A stretch of DNA of 64,000 nucleotides from Candidatus Latescibacterota bacterium (GTDB lineage Bacteria > Latescibacterota > UBA2968), in the NCBI GenBank assembly GCA_965205975.1, contig OZ242195.1, forward strand, positions 544,001-608,000, given 5' to 3'. The position numbers were made by a program, and so were the translations under genes. Positions 1-9,757 of the stretch are shown here, in pieces. The stretch's first letter is position 1, and each line of letters begins with the position of its first letter. The notes beneath the pieces are model-generated. The model was not told the origin of the DNA. It did not search any database and saw only the letters and a list, made by a program, of their open reading frames with translations.

Positions 1-1
1 A

Positions 2-946
2 TATGAGGCTTTCAGACGCGAGCTTTTGCAACAGCCGGGCATTGTCGGCGTGACCAGTACCGCACATAACCCACTCAGGGTAACGAGTACCGGAACAAAT
101 GCTATGTGGGCGGGTAGAGATCCCAGTTCAGAACATATTTTCCACAGGTTACAGGCCAACTACGATGTGGTCAATACCCTGCAAATGGAGCTTGTTCACG
201 GGCGCGAATTTTCCAGAGATTTTCCCGGTGATCTCAGAAGTTTTATTGTGAATGAAGAAATGGCCCGGGCTATGGGCATGGAAAACCCGGTTGGCACTCG
301 TCTGCGGTTTGGCCGCGAAGGTCCAATTATTGGCGTGGTTAAAAATTTTCATTTTCAATCACTGTACACCGCCATCGAACCGCTGATTATTCTTCTGAGT
401 CCCGCCCGGACGGAGTATTTATTTGTGCGTATTGCCGCGGGACAAACGGCTGAGGCCATTGCAGGTATTGAGCGGGCATTTAAGAAATTCAATGCGGACC
501 GTGCTTTTGAATTTTCTTTTCAGGACGAACAGTTTGAAAACATGTATCGCAACGAAAGCACGATGGGCACGCTGGCCACTTTTTTTGCAATTTTCGCCAT
601 TTTTATTTCTTGCCTGGGTCTGTTTGGCCTGGCGTCCTATACCGCCGAACAACGCACTAAGGAAATCGGTATTAGAAAAATTCTCGGCGCGTCTATCCCC
701 AATCTCGTTATTCTGCTCTCCAAAGAGTTTATCCGGCTGGTTGTCGTCTCCTTTGCACTGGCCGCTCCGCTGGCTTATCACTTTATGAACGATTGGTTAA
801 ATGATTTTGCCTACCACACATCTCTGGGCTGGCGCGTCTTTGTTTTTGCTGGCGTCCTTTCTTTGATTATCGCCTGCCTCACTGTGAGCTATCAAGCCGT
901 CAAAGTTGCTATGGCCAATCCCGTTGAATCGCTGCGGTACGAGTGA
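2..946 (+). CDS. ABC transporter permease, MacB/FtsX family (5' partial)
   Basis: Frame open from window start; C-terminal RTKEIGIRKILGAS and NPVESLRYE typical of the family. Confidence 0.9.
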   Translation, partial: YEAFRRELLQQPGIVGVTSTAHNPLRVTSTGTNAMWAGRDPSSEHIFHRLQANYDVVNTLQMELVHGREFSRDFPGDLRSFIVNEEMARAMGMENPVGTRLRFGREGPIIGVVKNFHFQSLYTAIEPLIILLSPARTEYLFVRIAAGQTAEAIAGIERAFKKFNADRAFEFSFQDEQFENMYRNESTMGTLATFFAIFAIFISCLGLFGLASYTAEQRTKEIGIRKILGASIPNLVILLSKEFIRLVVVSFALAAPLAYHFMNDWLNDFAYHTSLGWRVFVFAGVLSLIIACLTVSYQAVKVAMANPVESLRYE

Positions 947-973
947 GACTTAATTTTTTAATGAGGGTAAACA

Positions 974-1750
974 ATGAAATCCCTAACTCTGCTTTCGGGC
1001 CATGCTATGCCTGTTGTCGGTCTCGGTACCTGGCCAATGAGAGGCAATCAATGTAAAGAGGTCATTAAGCAGGCTCTCGAACTGGGCTATACGCATTTCG
1101 ATACGGCCTGGATCTATCAGAATCAGCGCGAGATCGGCGAAGCCCTGCGGGAGGTCGGTGCTGATCGCTCAAAACTTTTTATTACTTCTAAAGTCGGTAG
1201 AGATTATCTGCAATATGATGTCGCGATGGAACAAGCCGACGATATTCTCGAATATCTCCAGATGGACTACGTGGATTTGCTGCTCGTTCACTGGCCTAAC
1301 GAGACCGTGCCTATGGAGGGAACGATTCGCGCTTTCAACGAGTTTTTCGATGCGGGAAAAGCGAGAAGTATTGGGGTTAGCAACTTTTCGGTCGAACAAA
1401 TGGAACGCGCCCGTTCGCTCTCTACAGCACCTATCAGTGTGAACCAGATCAAATACCATCCTGGTTATGAACAGCGAGATGTTTTGCAATGGTGCCTGGA
1501 AAACGATGTGGTGGTGACTGCGTATTCCCCTCTGGGGAAGAAGGGTATTCTTCGAGATCCCGTTCTGCTGGAGATCGCCCGTATCCACGATAAGACCTCT
1601 GCACACGTCGCCCTCAAGTGGCTGCTGCAAAAAGGCATGATCGTTATTCCCAAAGCGAGTTCCAGAGAACATCTCCAGGCGAATCTCGATGTTTTTGACT
1701 GGTCCTTATCTGAAAGCGAGATGCAGTCCATTGACCGCATAGCGGGGTAA
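974..1750 (+). CDS. Aldo/keto reductase
   Basis: GLGTW, DTAWIY, LLVHWP, IGVSNF, IPKAS motifs. Confidence 0.92.
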   Translation: MKSLTLLSGHAMPVVGLGTWPMRGNQCKEVIKQALELGYTHFDTAWIYQNQREIGEALREVGADRSKLFITSKVGRDYLQYDVAMEQADDILEYLQMDYVDLLLVHWPNETVPMEGTIRAFNEFFDAGKARSIGVSNFSVEQMERARSLSTAPISVNQIKYHPGYEQRDVLQWCLENDVVVTAYSPLGKKGILRDPVLLEIARIHDKTSAHVALKWLLQKGMIVIPKASSREHLQANLDVFDWSLSESEMQSIDRIAG

Positions 1751-1755
1751 ACGAA

Positions 1756-3390
1756 ATGAATGAGAAAAACAGGCCCAATGTCGTTCTTATCATTACGGAC
1801 GATCAGGGGTACGGTACTGTGGGGGTACACGGGAATGACCAGGTCAGGACGCCCAATATGGATCGTTTGGCCAATGAAGGGGTAGCGTTTGACCGGTTCT
1901 ACGGGAATCCGCTTTGTTCGCCTTCTCGAGCCGCGTTGATGACTGGGCGGTATTTCTATCGAACCGGAATTCTACACACGTCTCGAGGGGGTGCATTGAT
2001 GTCGGGCCATGAGGTCACTGCCGCCGAGCTGTTTCGAGATGCCGGGTACCGCACCGGGATTTTTGGGAAGTGGCATCTCGGTGATAATTACCCCATGAGG
2101 CCCATGGACCAGGGATTTGAGAAAGCCGTGTGGCACAAAGGCGGAGGGATCGGGCAGACTCCCGTAAGGCCAAACAGCTACTTTGACTCACTTCTGTGGC
2201 GAGAGGGGGAAGAGTTCCAGGCGAAAGGGTACTGTACGGATGTCTTCTTTGACGAGGCCCTCGCGTTCATCGAGGAACATCAAAGTGAGCCTTTTTTCCT
2301 CTATATTCCGACGAACGCGCCGCACGATCCTCTCGAGATCAGTGACGAATATGCGGATCCCTATCGCGAGATGGGTCTGGATGACAGCGTCGCACGAATC
2401 TATGGAATGGTCGAGAATATCGACGACAATATTGGGCGGCTCAGGGAACTGCTGGAACGTCTCGGGCTGGATGAGGATACAATCATCATCTTTACGTCCG
2501 ATCACGGTCCCGCGGGCGGGAGGTACAATGCCGGACTCAGATCGACAAAAGGAGACGTGTACGAAGGCGGAATTCGCGTTCCGTATTTTATGAGGTGGCC
2601 GAAAGGGTTGCCGGCTGGTTTCAAAACCGACAAGATTGCCTCACACATCGATGTTCTGCCCACTTTGTTGTCGCTTTGTAACGTGGATTCTCCCTCTGAT
2701 CTCGGGATGGATGGCGTGGATCTGACGCCTCTGATTCGAGGTCAGGAAGTGGCATGGCTTGATCGCACCCTTTTCATTCAGACACACCGGGGGAGCCGTC
2801 CGCGACAGTACCACAACTGTACGGCGATAACCCAGCGCTACAAGTGGTTGGGTTATCCCGGTACTGGTGGACAGTGGGATTTTGAGGCTTCTTCGACAGA
2901 CCCTGTGATGGAGCTGTACGATCTCGAAGACGACCCTGGCGAAGAGAAAGAGATAGGTGGCCTGATGCCCGATCTTGTAGCGCGGATGAAGAAAGACTAC
3001 GACGCCTGGTTCGACGATGTGGCTTTGGATTGGCAGGCGGGGGTTATTCGCATTGGGAATTCGGCGGAGAATCCTCTCACGCTGTGTCGCTATCAGGATT
3101 CAGAATACATATCCGAACTCCCACATGGCTGGCGGGTGAAGATCGAACGGAGCGGAACCTATGAGCTTCGAATCAACCGTGAGTCGCTAAATGGCGCGGG
3201 TGCCCTCGGGGTTCAGTGGCAGGGGAATACTCAGAGAAGCCCACTGGCTGCGGGAGAGAATACAGGACGGTTCGAGCTTGAAGCGGGGGACGGCAAGCTG
3301 GAGATTTGGTTCGAGCTCGAAGACATAGGTCGCGTGGCGTTTTCAAGCAATTTGACGATTGGGGATGTGGAGGTGGATTACCTGGGGTAG
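1756..3390 (+). CDS. Arylsulfatase family protein
   Basis: [17 protein letters not shown] formylglycine motif, GKWHLG. Confidence 0.93.
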   Translation: MNEKNRPNVVLIITDDQGYGTVGVHGNDQVRTPNMDRLANEGVAFDRFYGNPLCSPSRAALMTGRYFYRTGILHTSRGGALMSGHEVTAAELFRDAGYRTGIFGKWHLGDNYPMRPMDQGFEKAVWHKGGGIGQTPVRPNSYFDSLLWREGEEFQAKGYCTDVFFDEALAFIEEHQSEPFFLYIPTNAPHDPLEISDEYADPYREMGLDDSVARIYGMVENIDDNIGRLRELLERLGLDEDTIIIFTSDHGPAGGRYNAGLRSTKGDVYEGGIRVPYFMRWPKGLPAGFKTDKIASHIDVLPTLLSLCNVDSPSDLGMDGVDLTPLIRGQEVAWLDRTLFIQTHRGSRPRQYHNCTAITQRYKWLGYPGTGGQWDFEASSTDPVMELYDLEDDPGEEKEIGGLMPDLVARMKKDYDAWFDDVALDWQAGVIRIGNSAENPLTLCRYQDSEYISELPHGWRVKIERSGTYELRINRESLNGAGALGVQWQGNTQRSPLAAGENTGRFELEAGDGKLEIWFELEDIGRVAFSSNLTIGDVEVDYLG

Positions 3391-3403
3391 GGACGGTAGA
3401 AAT

Positions 3404-4513
3404 ATGAGCGAAATCGTTAAGATAAGGACGCGGCTGTTCGAAGTGCCATTGGCGGAGGTGCTTGTCGATGCCAAGCATGGCGACCATAGTCACTTTGAAC
3501 TGATTACCGTTACAATAACACTTGTGGATGGGTATGAGGGAACCGGGTACACTTATACCGGTGGTCGCGGTGGCAGGTCGATTAAAGCTATGATCGACAC
3601 GGATCTGGCTCCCAGATTGATTGGCAGGGATGGCACGGATGTGGAAGAGATCAACGATTGGTGCGAATGGTATATCCATTACGTCGGTCGTGGCGGGGTC
3701 TCGTCATTTGCGATATCGGCGATCGACATCGCTCTTTGGGATATCCGCTGCAAACGCAAGGGTCTGCCCTTGTGGAAAGTTTCGGGTGGCGCGCGTGCAA
3801 GTTGCAAAGCCTATGGCGGAGGCATTGATCTGAATTTTCCACTTCCGAAACTTCTCGATAACATCCGTCGCTATCTCGACAAGGGCTTCAACGGGGTCAA
3901 GATTAAGGTTGGACAACCCACCCTTGATGAAGATGTAGAGCGGGTGCAGGCGGTTCGAAAGCTTATCGGTCCCGATATTGCTTTCATGGTCGATGCAAAC
4001 TACTCGATGAGTGTCGGGTACGCTATTGAGGCGGCTAACCGATTTAAGGCGTTCGATATCCTGTGGTTTGAGGAGCCTACGCTTCCAGACGACTATCTGG
4101 GTTATGCCGAGATTGCCGATGCTACGGGAATGCCTTTATCGATGGGCGAGAACCTTCATACGATACATGAATTTGGCTACGCTTTTGAACAGGCTAAGCT
4201 CTCTTATATTCAGCCTGATGCTTCCAATTGTATGGGGATTACGGGCTGGCTGAAGGTTGCCGAATTGTCGCGTAAGTACGAAGTCCCAATATGCTCTCAC
4301 GGCATGCAGGAGTTGCACGTCAGCCTGGTTTCTGCGCAACCCAATGCAGGTTGGATGGAATACCACAGCTTTCCAATCGACGAGTACACGAAGCGTCCGT
4401 TGAAGATCGAAAACCACCGGGCAATTGCGCCTGATGATCCGGGCATTGGCGTAGAATTTGACTGGCCCAAACTCGAACCTTATTGCGTCTCCGATTTGGC
4501 ATTTGGCGAATAA
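3404..4513 (+). CDS. Mandelate racemase/muconate lactonizing enzyme family protein
   Basis: [24 protein letters not shown] motifs; ATG at 3404 chosen. Confidence 0.9.
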   Translation: MSEIVKIRTRLFEVPLAEVLVDAKHGDHSHFELITVTITLVDGYEGTGYTYTGGRGGRSIKAMIDTDLAPRLIGRDGTDVEEINDWCEWYIHYVGRGGVSSFAISAIDIALWDIRCKRKGLPLWKVSGGARASCKAYGGGIDLNFPLPKLLDNIRRYLDKGFNGVKIKVGQPTLDEDVERVQAVRKLIGPDIAFMVDANYSMSVGYAIEAANRFKAFDILWFEEPTLPDDYLGYAEIADATGMPLSMGENLHTIHEFGYAFEQAKLSYIQPDASNCMGITGWLKVAELSRKYEVPICSHGMQELHVSLVSAQPNAGWMEYHSFPIDEYTKRPLKIENHRAIAPDDPGIGVEFDWPKLEPYCVSDLAFGE

Positions 4514-4616
4514 TGACCGGTTGCCACACGCGCCAGGCCTGCGGATGTTGCTCAACTCGGCGAACTACGCGAAGATCCGTAACATCTCTACGATAATCCA
4601 GCATTATCTATCTCCT
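4508..4616 (-). pseudogene. 109-bp diverged copy of the 5' end and RBS of the sialidase-like gene (matches 7430-7538)
   Basis: Manual alignment gives about 9 mismatches in 109 bp; encodes [32 protein letters not shown]. Confidence 0.85.
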
Positions 4617-4635
4617 CGACCTGAAGGCATCCTTC

Positions 4636-4683
4636 TTGATATAGTAAGATAAATAGTATAGATTTCTGACATCAGTGTCAAAA
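4636..4683 (+). promoter_or_regulatory. Sigma-70 promoter with overlapping inverted-repeat operator for the DUF6088 gene
   Basis: TTGATA-N17-TAGATT; TTCTGACA-tcag-TGTCAAAA inverted repeat. Confidence 0.55.
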
Positions 4684-4711
4684 TACGTTTGAATGTAAGG
4701 AATGTAGTCCA

Positions 4712-5335
4712 ATGACCGGAATCGCCGACAAGATCATGCAGAGGGTGTCTGTCCACGATAGCGGAAGATGGGTGTGTACGCCGAAGGACTTCCTGGACCT
4801 CGGCAGCCGCGAGGCCGTTGACCAGGCTCTGTCGCGTCTCGTCAAGGCGGGACGGCTGCGCCGGATGGGCCATGGCCTGTACGACAGGCCGAGGATCAGC
4901 AATGTGCTGAATCGGCCTGCGCCCGTCGATCTGGATGCGGCCATCACAGCACTGGCACGGCGGGATGGCGTGCGGATCATGCCGGATGGATTGGTGGCTG
5001 CGAATCAATTAGGTCTTACCAACGCCGTGCCCGCGAAGGTCAGCTATGTGACGGATGGCCATTCCAGGACCCTCAAGATTGACGGAAGAACCGTCCGGTT
5101 CCGGCATGTGGGCCCAAGCGTCATGCGGTGGGCGGGAAGACCCGCCGCGCCAGTGGTTCAGGCGCTGCGGTGGCTGGGCTCCCGCGTAGCCGCGGACGGA
5201 GAGATTGTCTCGATGCTGAATCGCCATCTTCCCGACGCAGTGAAGCTCGATCTGTTGCACAATAGCCGCGATCTTCCCGGCTGGGCATTGCCGCTGGCGC
5301 GCAGCATCGCGAGCGACCTGATCGACGATGTGTAG
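4712..5335 (+). CDS. DUF6088 / AbiEi-like type IV antitoxin (no adjacent toxin)
   Basis: DFLDLGSREAVDQALSRL..GLY, AANQLGLTNAVPAK..Y.TDG. Confidence 0.85.
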   Translation: MTGIADKIMQRVSVHDSGRWVCTPKDFLDLGSREAVDQALSRLVKAGRLRRMGHGLYDRPRISNVLNRPAPVDLDAAITALARRDGVRIMPDGLVAANQLGLTNAVPAKVSYVTDGHSRTLKIDGRTVRFRHVGPSVMRWAGRPAAPVVQALRWLGSRVAADGEIVSMLNRHLPDAVKLDLLHNSRDLPGWALPLARSIASDLIDDV

Positions 5336-5367
5336 GATAAGCGGATTTATATTTATAGGAGAACAGC

Positions 5368-6387
5368 ATGACACCCATCAGACTTGGCGTTGTTGGTCTT
5401 GGTCTTGGTCAATGGATAGTAGAAACTGCGAAGAGAATCGAGGGTGCCCACGTTGTGGCAGTTGCTGAGAATATGCCCGCTCGATTGGATGGTATGGGGG
5501 GGTATAGAGCCTATGAGAAGGAAAATGATCTCAGGCTTTACGAAGATGCAGACCAGATGATGGATAGCGAATCGTTGGACGCGATCGCACTTGCGGTGAC
5601 GCCCAAACATCGCAGAGCGCTGATCGAATCGGCTGGCAACAGGGGTATCCCAATGCTGATCGAGAAGCCCTGGGCAGGAACTGTCAAAAATGGAAGAGAT
5701 CTGGTTGACTTGTGCAACAGTTTTGATTTGCCCTGTCAGGTCGAATTTCCGATCCGTTGTATGCCTGCAATGGTGCGGTTGCGAGAACTCCTGAAAGGCC
5801 CTCTCGGAAAAGGGTGGATGGCGAATGGCAATCTGATGATGGGTTGGTGCCCTCCGCCAGAATCAACAAAACACTGGGATCCGGAAAACCACAATGGGCT
5901 TATCAACGAGTGCTATGTACATCTTTTCGACACGCTGGCATTTTTACTGGGCAAGCCCAAATCCGTATTCTCATTTGGGGGATCGTTCAGGGGTAGCCCA
6001 ATGCCGGATGCGGCCGCAGCAGTTATTGAGTTTGAATCTGGGGCCTCCGCTTCGCTGACTTGTGGTGGCATTGGTGCTGTTTGTGCTGATGGCGGACATC
6101 TTCTGGATATTTGGACAGAGAACGGATTGGCACGCATAACTGGCACGCAATGGCTACCGGATACGCTGGAATGGGCCCTGAGGGAGGCCAAAGAATCTAC
6201 AGTCGAGACGTTTCACGCGCCTGAGCGAACGACCCTGATGGAGTACAATATGCGTGCATTTTTTAACGCGGTCCGAAGCGGTGCCCCCGTAGCTGCAACA
6301 CCGGAAGACGGACTGATTGCAACAGCCGTCGCGATGGCCATTCAAGAATCTATTGTTACGGGGAATCGCGTTGCGGTGGACTATTAG
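5368..6387 (+). CDS. Gfo/Idh/MocA oxidoreductase
   Basis: GVVGLGLG Rossmann motif, EKP motif. Confidence 0.88.
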   Translation: MTPIRLGVVGLGLGQWIVETAKRIEGAHVVAVAENMPARLDGMGGYRAYEKENDLRLYEDADQMMDSESLDAIALAVTPKHRRALIESAGNRGIPMLIEKPWAGTVKNGRDLVDLCNSFDLPCQVEFPIRCMPAMVRLRELLKGPLGKGWMANGNLMMGWCPPPESTKHWDPENHNGLINECYVHLFDTLAFLLGKPKSVFSFGGSFRGSPMPDAAAAVIEFESGASASLTCGGIGAVCADGGHLLDIWTENGLARITGTQWLPDTLEWALREAKESTVETFHAPERTTLMEYNMRAFFNAVRSGAPVAATPEDGLIATAVAMAIQESIVTGNRVAVDY

Positions 6388-6413
6388 GCAAACAGGCAAG
6401 ACTATAACACGAA

Positions 6414-7529
6414 TTATGGTGAAATTCGCAACTTGCCGAAATGAATATGAGTACGCGCCGTATCTGGTGTGCCGCTGTCCCACACGCAGCGGAAGTCACC
6501 CGGTGCAGTTTCAATAAGTGTGGGATAAGAGTTCTTAATCCCGGCATCGTAGAAGGTTTTCTCTTCGCTCCAGGTGTCTCCGGGATTTTTTGTTTTGTAC
6601 CGCAGAGAGGTCCGACCTCCGTTGGGAAATCCCGGTGCTTTTACTCTTTGGGGAGGCCCATCGCTGTACACATAGATATGCGTGCCATTCGAGGATCGGC
6701 CAAAGAAAGCCTTTGATTTGGCGTTGTGCAGGTCGGGTTCGGGTTTGGCGACACTCCAGGTCTGGCCACCGTCGCGGCTCACGCTCGAATAGGCTCTGGG
6801 AGGGTCCGTCGTGCGATCGGTTTCGTCGTAATCGGCAGTTCGCATGACGATCCATAGTTCCTCTGGTGTTTCTCCCGGCGCGATATTTCCCTCATGCAGG
6901 AAAACACGCGCATTGGTGGGTTGGGGAATATATGCTTCGAGCTTCCACTCCAGCAGGCTGGTACTGCTGAGAACGAAGTGGTCACGCGAACCGCGTGGGT
7001 CTTCCTGCAGCGTGTTGCGGTGGGCTGGCAGCAGAAACTTGTGTCCCGAGTCGGTCTCCGTGGTCACGATGGTTGAGCATGTAATCAGCGGTCCCGCATA
7101 GTGCATCGCCATTTCCACCTGTGTCCAGGAATAACCGCCATCTGCAGTGAATGCACCGACCAGTTGAGATTCTTCGCTGTTCTTCTGGGCTATTGGGCAG
7201 CGCATCGCAAAGCACCAGATTACGTCCTGTCCGGGGGCGCGGTAAAGGACTGGATTCGCGTAGGCAAATTGTACCATACCCTGATGCTGGCGATGATCGA
7301 AGATCATCACGGGTTCCTCCCAGGTATCCCCATCGTCGGTTGAGAGCGTCGCGAGAATGTCTCCCATGTCTTTCTTGCCGTTGACCATCGCTCCGAAGGC
7401 CACAATGAGATGCCTCTTCTTGTTTCCCGGAATAATGACTGGTTGCCACACGCGCCAGGCCTGCGGATGTTGCTCAACTCGGCGAATTACGCGAAGGTCC
7501 GTAATATCTCCACGATAATTCTGCATCAT
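6414..7529 (-). CDS. Sialidase-like BNR/Asp-box protein
   Basis: Asp boxes STDDGDTW, TADGGYSW, SRDGGQTW; SYP near C-terminus. Confidence 0.82.
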   Translation of the reverse strand: MMQNYRGDITDLRVIRRVEQHPQAWRVWQPVIIPGNKKRHLIVAFGAMVNGKKDMGDILATLSTDDGDTWEEPVMIFDHRQHQGMVQFAYANPVLYRAPGQDVIWCFAMRCPIAQKNSEESQLVGAFTADGGYSWTQVEMAMHYAGPLITCSTIVTTETDSGHKFLLPAHRNTLQEDPRGSRDHFVLSSTSLLEWKLEAYIPQPTNARVFLHEGNIAPGETPEELWIVMRTADYDETDRTTDPPRAYSSVSRDGGQTWSVAKPEPDLHNAKSKAFFGRSSNGTHIYVYSDGPPQRVKAPGFPNGGRTSLRYKTKNPGDTWSEEKTFYDAGIKNSYPTLIETAPGDFRCVWDSGTPDTARTHIHFGKLRISP

Positions 7530-7538
7530 TTATCTCCT

Positions 7539-8438
7539 CTATTCGCGTTCAAATCCCAGGTTCGGTATCCGCCAGTTGGCATACCAGCGGGAGTCTTTTG
7601 GGGGTGCTTTATCCCCACTCTGCATAGAGGCAAAATCTTTCATCCGGGGCCGGATCTCCTCTTCCCAGATACGCTCGATCTGCCCGTAGGTCAGCGGGGT
7701 GTGATCGGGTTTTAACCGCTCGTATTCCGTTAGAAGTTCTTTTGCTTTTTCAGATATATGTGCCACGGTATCAGCCGCCATTTCTTCTCCCGCTCGCCGG
7801 CTGGATGTATCCACATAATCGCCCTGGGCGAAATGAGGGCCTGGCTCGTCCGGTCCGGGAAGGCGGGATAGATCTACGCAGTCTGGAGCCACGGCCCACA
7901 GCAGCGATGTTTCCCCTCTTCCCGCGTGGCCTCCCATGCCCCGGTCGTCTTTGAAACGGGATTCCCCTGTGCCCATACTCATAAGAGAATAGAGTCGGAC
8001 GGAAACGTGTTGCTGGAGGATTTCCAGTACAACGGGTACGTCCAGGCGGTGCGGTCCCGAGTGTCCCGAGAAGAGCACGGCTACGTGAAATCCCAGGGCA
8101 TCGACGGCGCGGATGTGATAGCAGAGATTTTTCAAAAAGATCCACGGTGGCACTGCTGTAAGCCAGGGGCGGGCGTCACCCACTCGTTCGTGTGCCCAGA
8201 TTCCGTAGCCTCCGGATTCGTGGCAGTGCCAGTATTCGGGCGGGGCTACAATGCCCCCGAAGGACCGGGCGGCTTGGCACACCACCCCGTGGGCACGCAA
8301 CGCGTCCAGGCCCAGGGCGTTCACCGGGCCGTGGGGTTCACACAGGCCATAGGGCAAATACACCACTGGACAATCCTCAAAAGCAGCTTCTAATTCATCG
8401 GGAAACATGCGTTCCCAGCGGACTTCTCTCCGTTCCAT
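7539..8438 (-). CDS. Creatininase/creatinine amidohydrolase family protein
   Basis: GLCEPHG..ALGLD, SGHSG, HAGRGETS. Confidence 0.85.
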   Translation of the reverse strand: MERREVRWERMFPDELEAAFEDCPVVYLPYGLCEPHGPVNALGLDALRAHGVVCQAARSFGGIVAPPEYWHCHESGGYGIWAHERVGDARPWLTAVPPWIFLKNLCYHIRAVDALGFHVAVLFSGHSGPHRLDVPVVLEILQQHVSVRLYSLMSMGTGESRFKDDRGMGGHAGRGETSLLWAVAPDCVDLSRLPGPDEPGPHFAQGDYVDTSSRRAGEEMAADTVAHISEKAKELLTEYERLKPDHTPLTYGQIERIWEEEIRPRMKDFASMQSGDKAPPKDSRWYANWRIPNLGFERE

Positions 8439-8642
8439 GGTTCAGGCTCCTTATTTGAATGGAGAATAAGGTAAAAGGCCGAATGAAATTTAGGCTTAGA
8501 AATAAAAAAAGCTACGATTAATCTCATACATCCGCAAGTACGACAAAAACACTTGACAACGACTGCCGAAAACGCCTTCTTACCAGCCATCTATGCGCAA
8601 GAAATGTCCCTTGTAGTTCCTACACGTAGAGGAGATTAGAAG

Positions 8643-9659
8643 ATGGACGACGCGATGCGTGAAACGTTCGCACGACAAGGCTATGTCGTCGTGCCCGATG
8701 TGCTCAATCAACAGCAGTTGGACGAGCTCAATCAAGTCTATGATCAGCATATCCACGAGCGGGAGGAGACGCAGTCCACGGACGGCACCGACGCACAGAA
8801 GCGCAAAAGTATCCGGGGGCGCGGCACACGCCAGACAACTGATCGGCACGGCAACACCTACGTAGGGAGAAGGCTCTGGAGCAAGGCCTACCGGGACCTG
8901 ATCGACAACGAGATCATGCTGCCCATCCTTGAAGAGATTCTCGGCGACCCAGCGTGGGGCCATGCCCCAGCACATATGCCGGAAGAGCTTCGCCCCTTGT
9001 TCCGGTTAGATCACGACAATATACATTACAAGCCCGGCCGGAAACCGACAGACGGCGCGGACATAGGCGGGACGCTCCACGGCGGCCCGGGCAGCTTTCA
9101 TATCACGTGTGTGTATGAGCTCAAGACAGTCGGACCAGATGACGGGGGCTTCGGGTGTGTTGTTGGCACACACAAGCCGGCCAATGAGCAGAAGCTGATG
9201 GACATCGACGGCGACTGGCGGCGGAACTGGTGTGATACGAAATGGACGTCGCAGCTGCCGAACTGGGATGACGATGTGCCGGTACACCGCGTCGAGGCGA
9301 AGGCTGGAGATTGCATTTTGTTCACTGAGAAGCTCAAACACGGTACGATTCCATGGGCAGGGAGCGGGGAGCGCCGCACCCTCTTCTACAAGTATGTTCC
9401 TTTCGGCATGCACCACGGCGACGCCGGGTACGACACCAACGACCCCGAACTGACTGAGCGTCAGAAACGGATCCTGGAGTTCTCGCCGTGCTGGTTTAAC
9501 GATCCCCGGGAGGACAAAGACTACTCCTCGAACCCGGCGCTGACAAAGCTCCATCCGCAGGCGTGTGTGGAGAGCGACCCGAGTGTGTTGCTGCCGGGCA
9601 TGTCGCCGCCGCACATCCGGCTGACGGACGAGACCTGGGCAATGCTGAGTGCCAGCTAG
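8643..9659 (+). CDS. PhyH-family Fe(II)/2OG dioxygenase with atypical HxG motif
   Basis: F..QGYVVVPDVL, GGFGCVVGTHK, AGDCILF..HG..W...RR. Confidence 0.8.
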   Translation: MDDAMRETFARQGYVVVPDVLNQQQLDELNQVYDQHIHEREETQSTDGTDAQKRKSIRGRGTRQTTDRHGNTYVGRRLWSKAYRDLIDNEIMLPILEEILGDPAWGHAPAHMPEELRPLFRLDHDNIHYKPGRKPTDGADIGGTLHGGPGSFHITCVYELKTVGPDDGGFGCVVGTHKPANEQKLMDIDGDWRRNWCDTKWTSQLPNWDDDVPVHRVEAKAGDCILFTEKLKHGTIPWAGSGERRTLFYKYVPFGMHHGDAGYDTNDPELTERQKRILEFSPCWFNDPREDKDYSSNPALTKLHPQACVESDPSVLLPGMSPPHIRLTDETWAMLSAS

Positions 9660-9689
9660 AACTTTTTGGCCAAATGATAGGGAAAATAG

Positions 9690-9725
9690 AAAAATGCCGT
9701 GAAAAAAAATCTCACGGCATTTTTC
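9690..9725. terminator. Bidirectional terminator-like hairpin, copy 1
   Basis: AAAAATGCCGTGA-loop-TCACGGCATTTTT. Confidence 0.75.
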
Positions 9726-9757
9726 ATTGATTCACTGTAGAGAAAGGAGTTGTGTCG

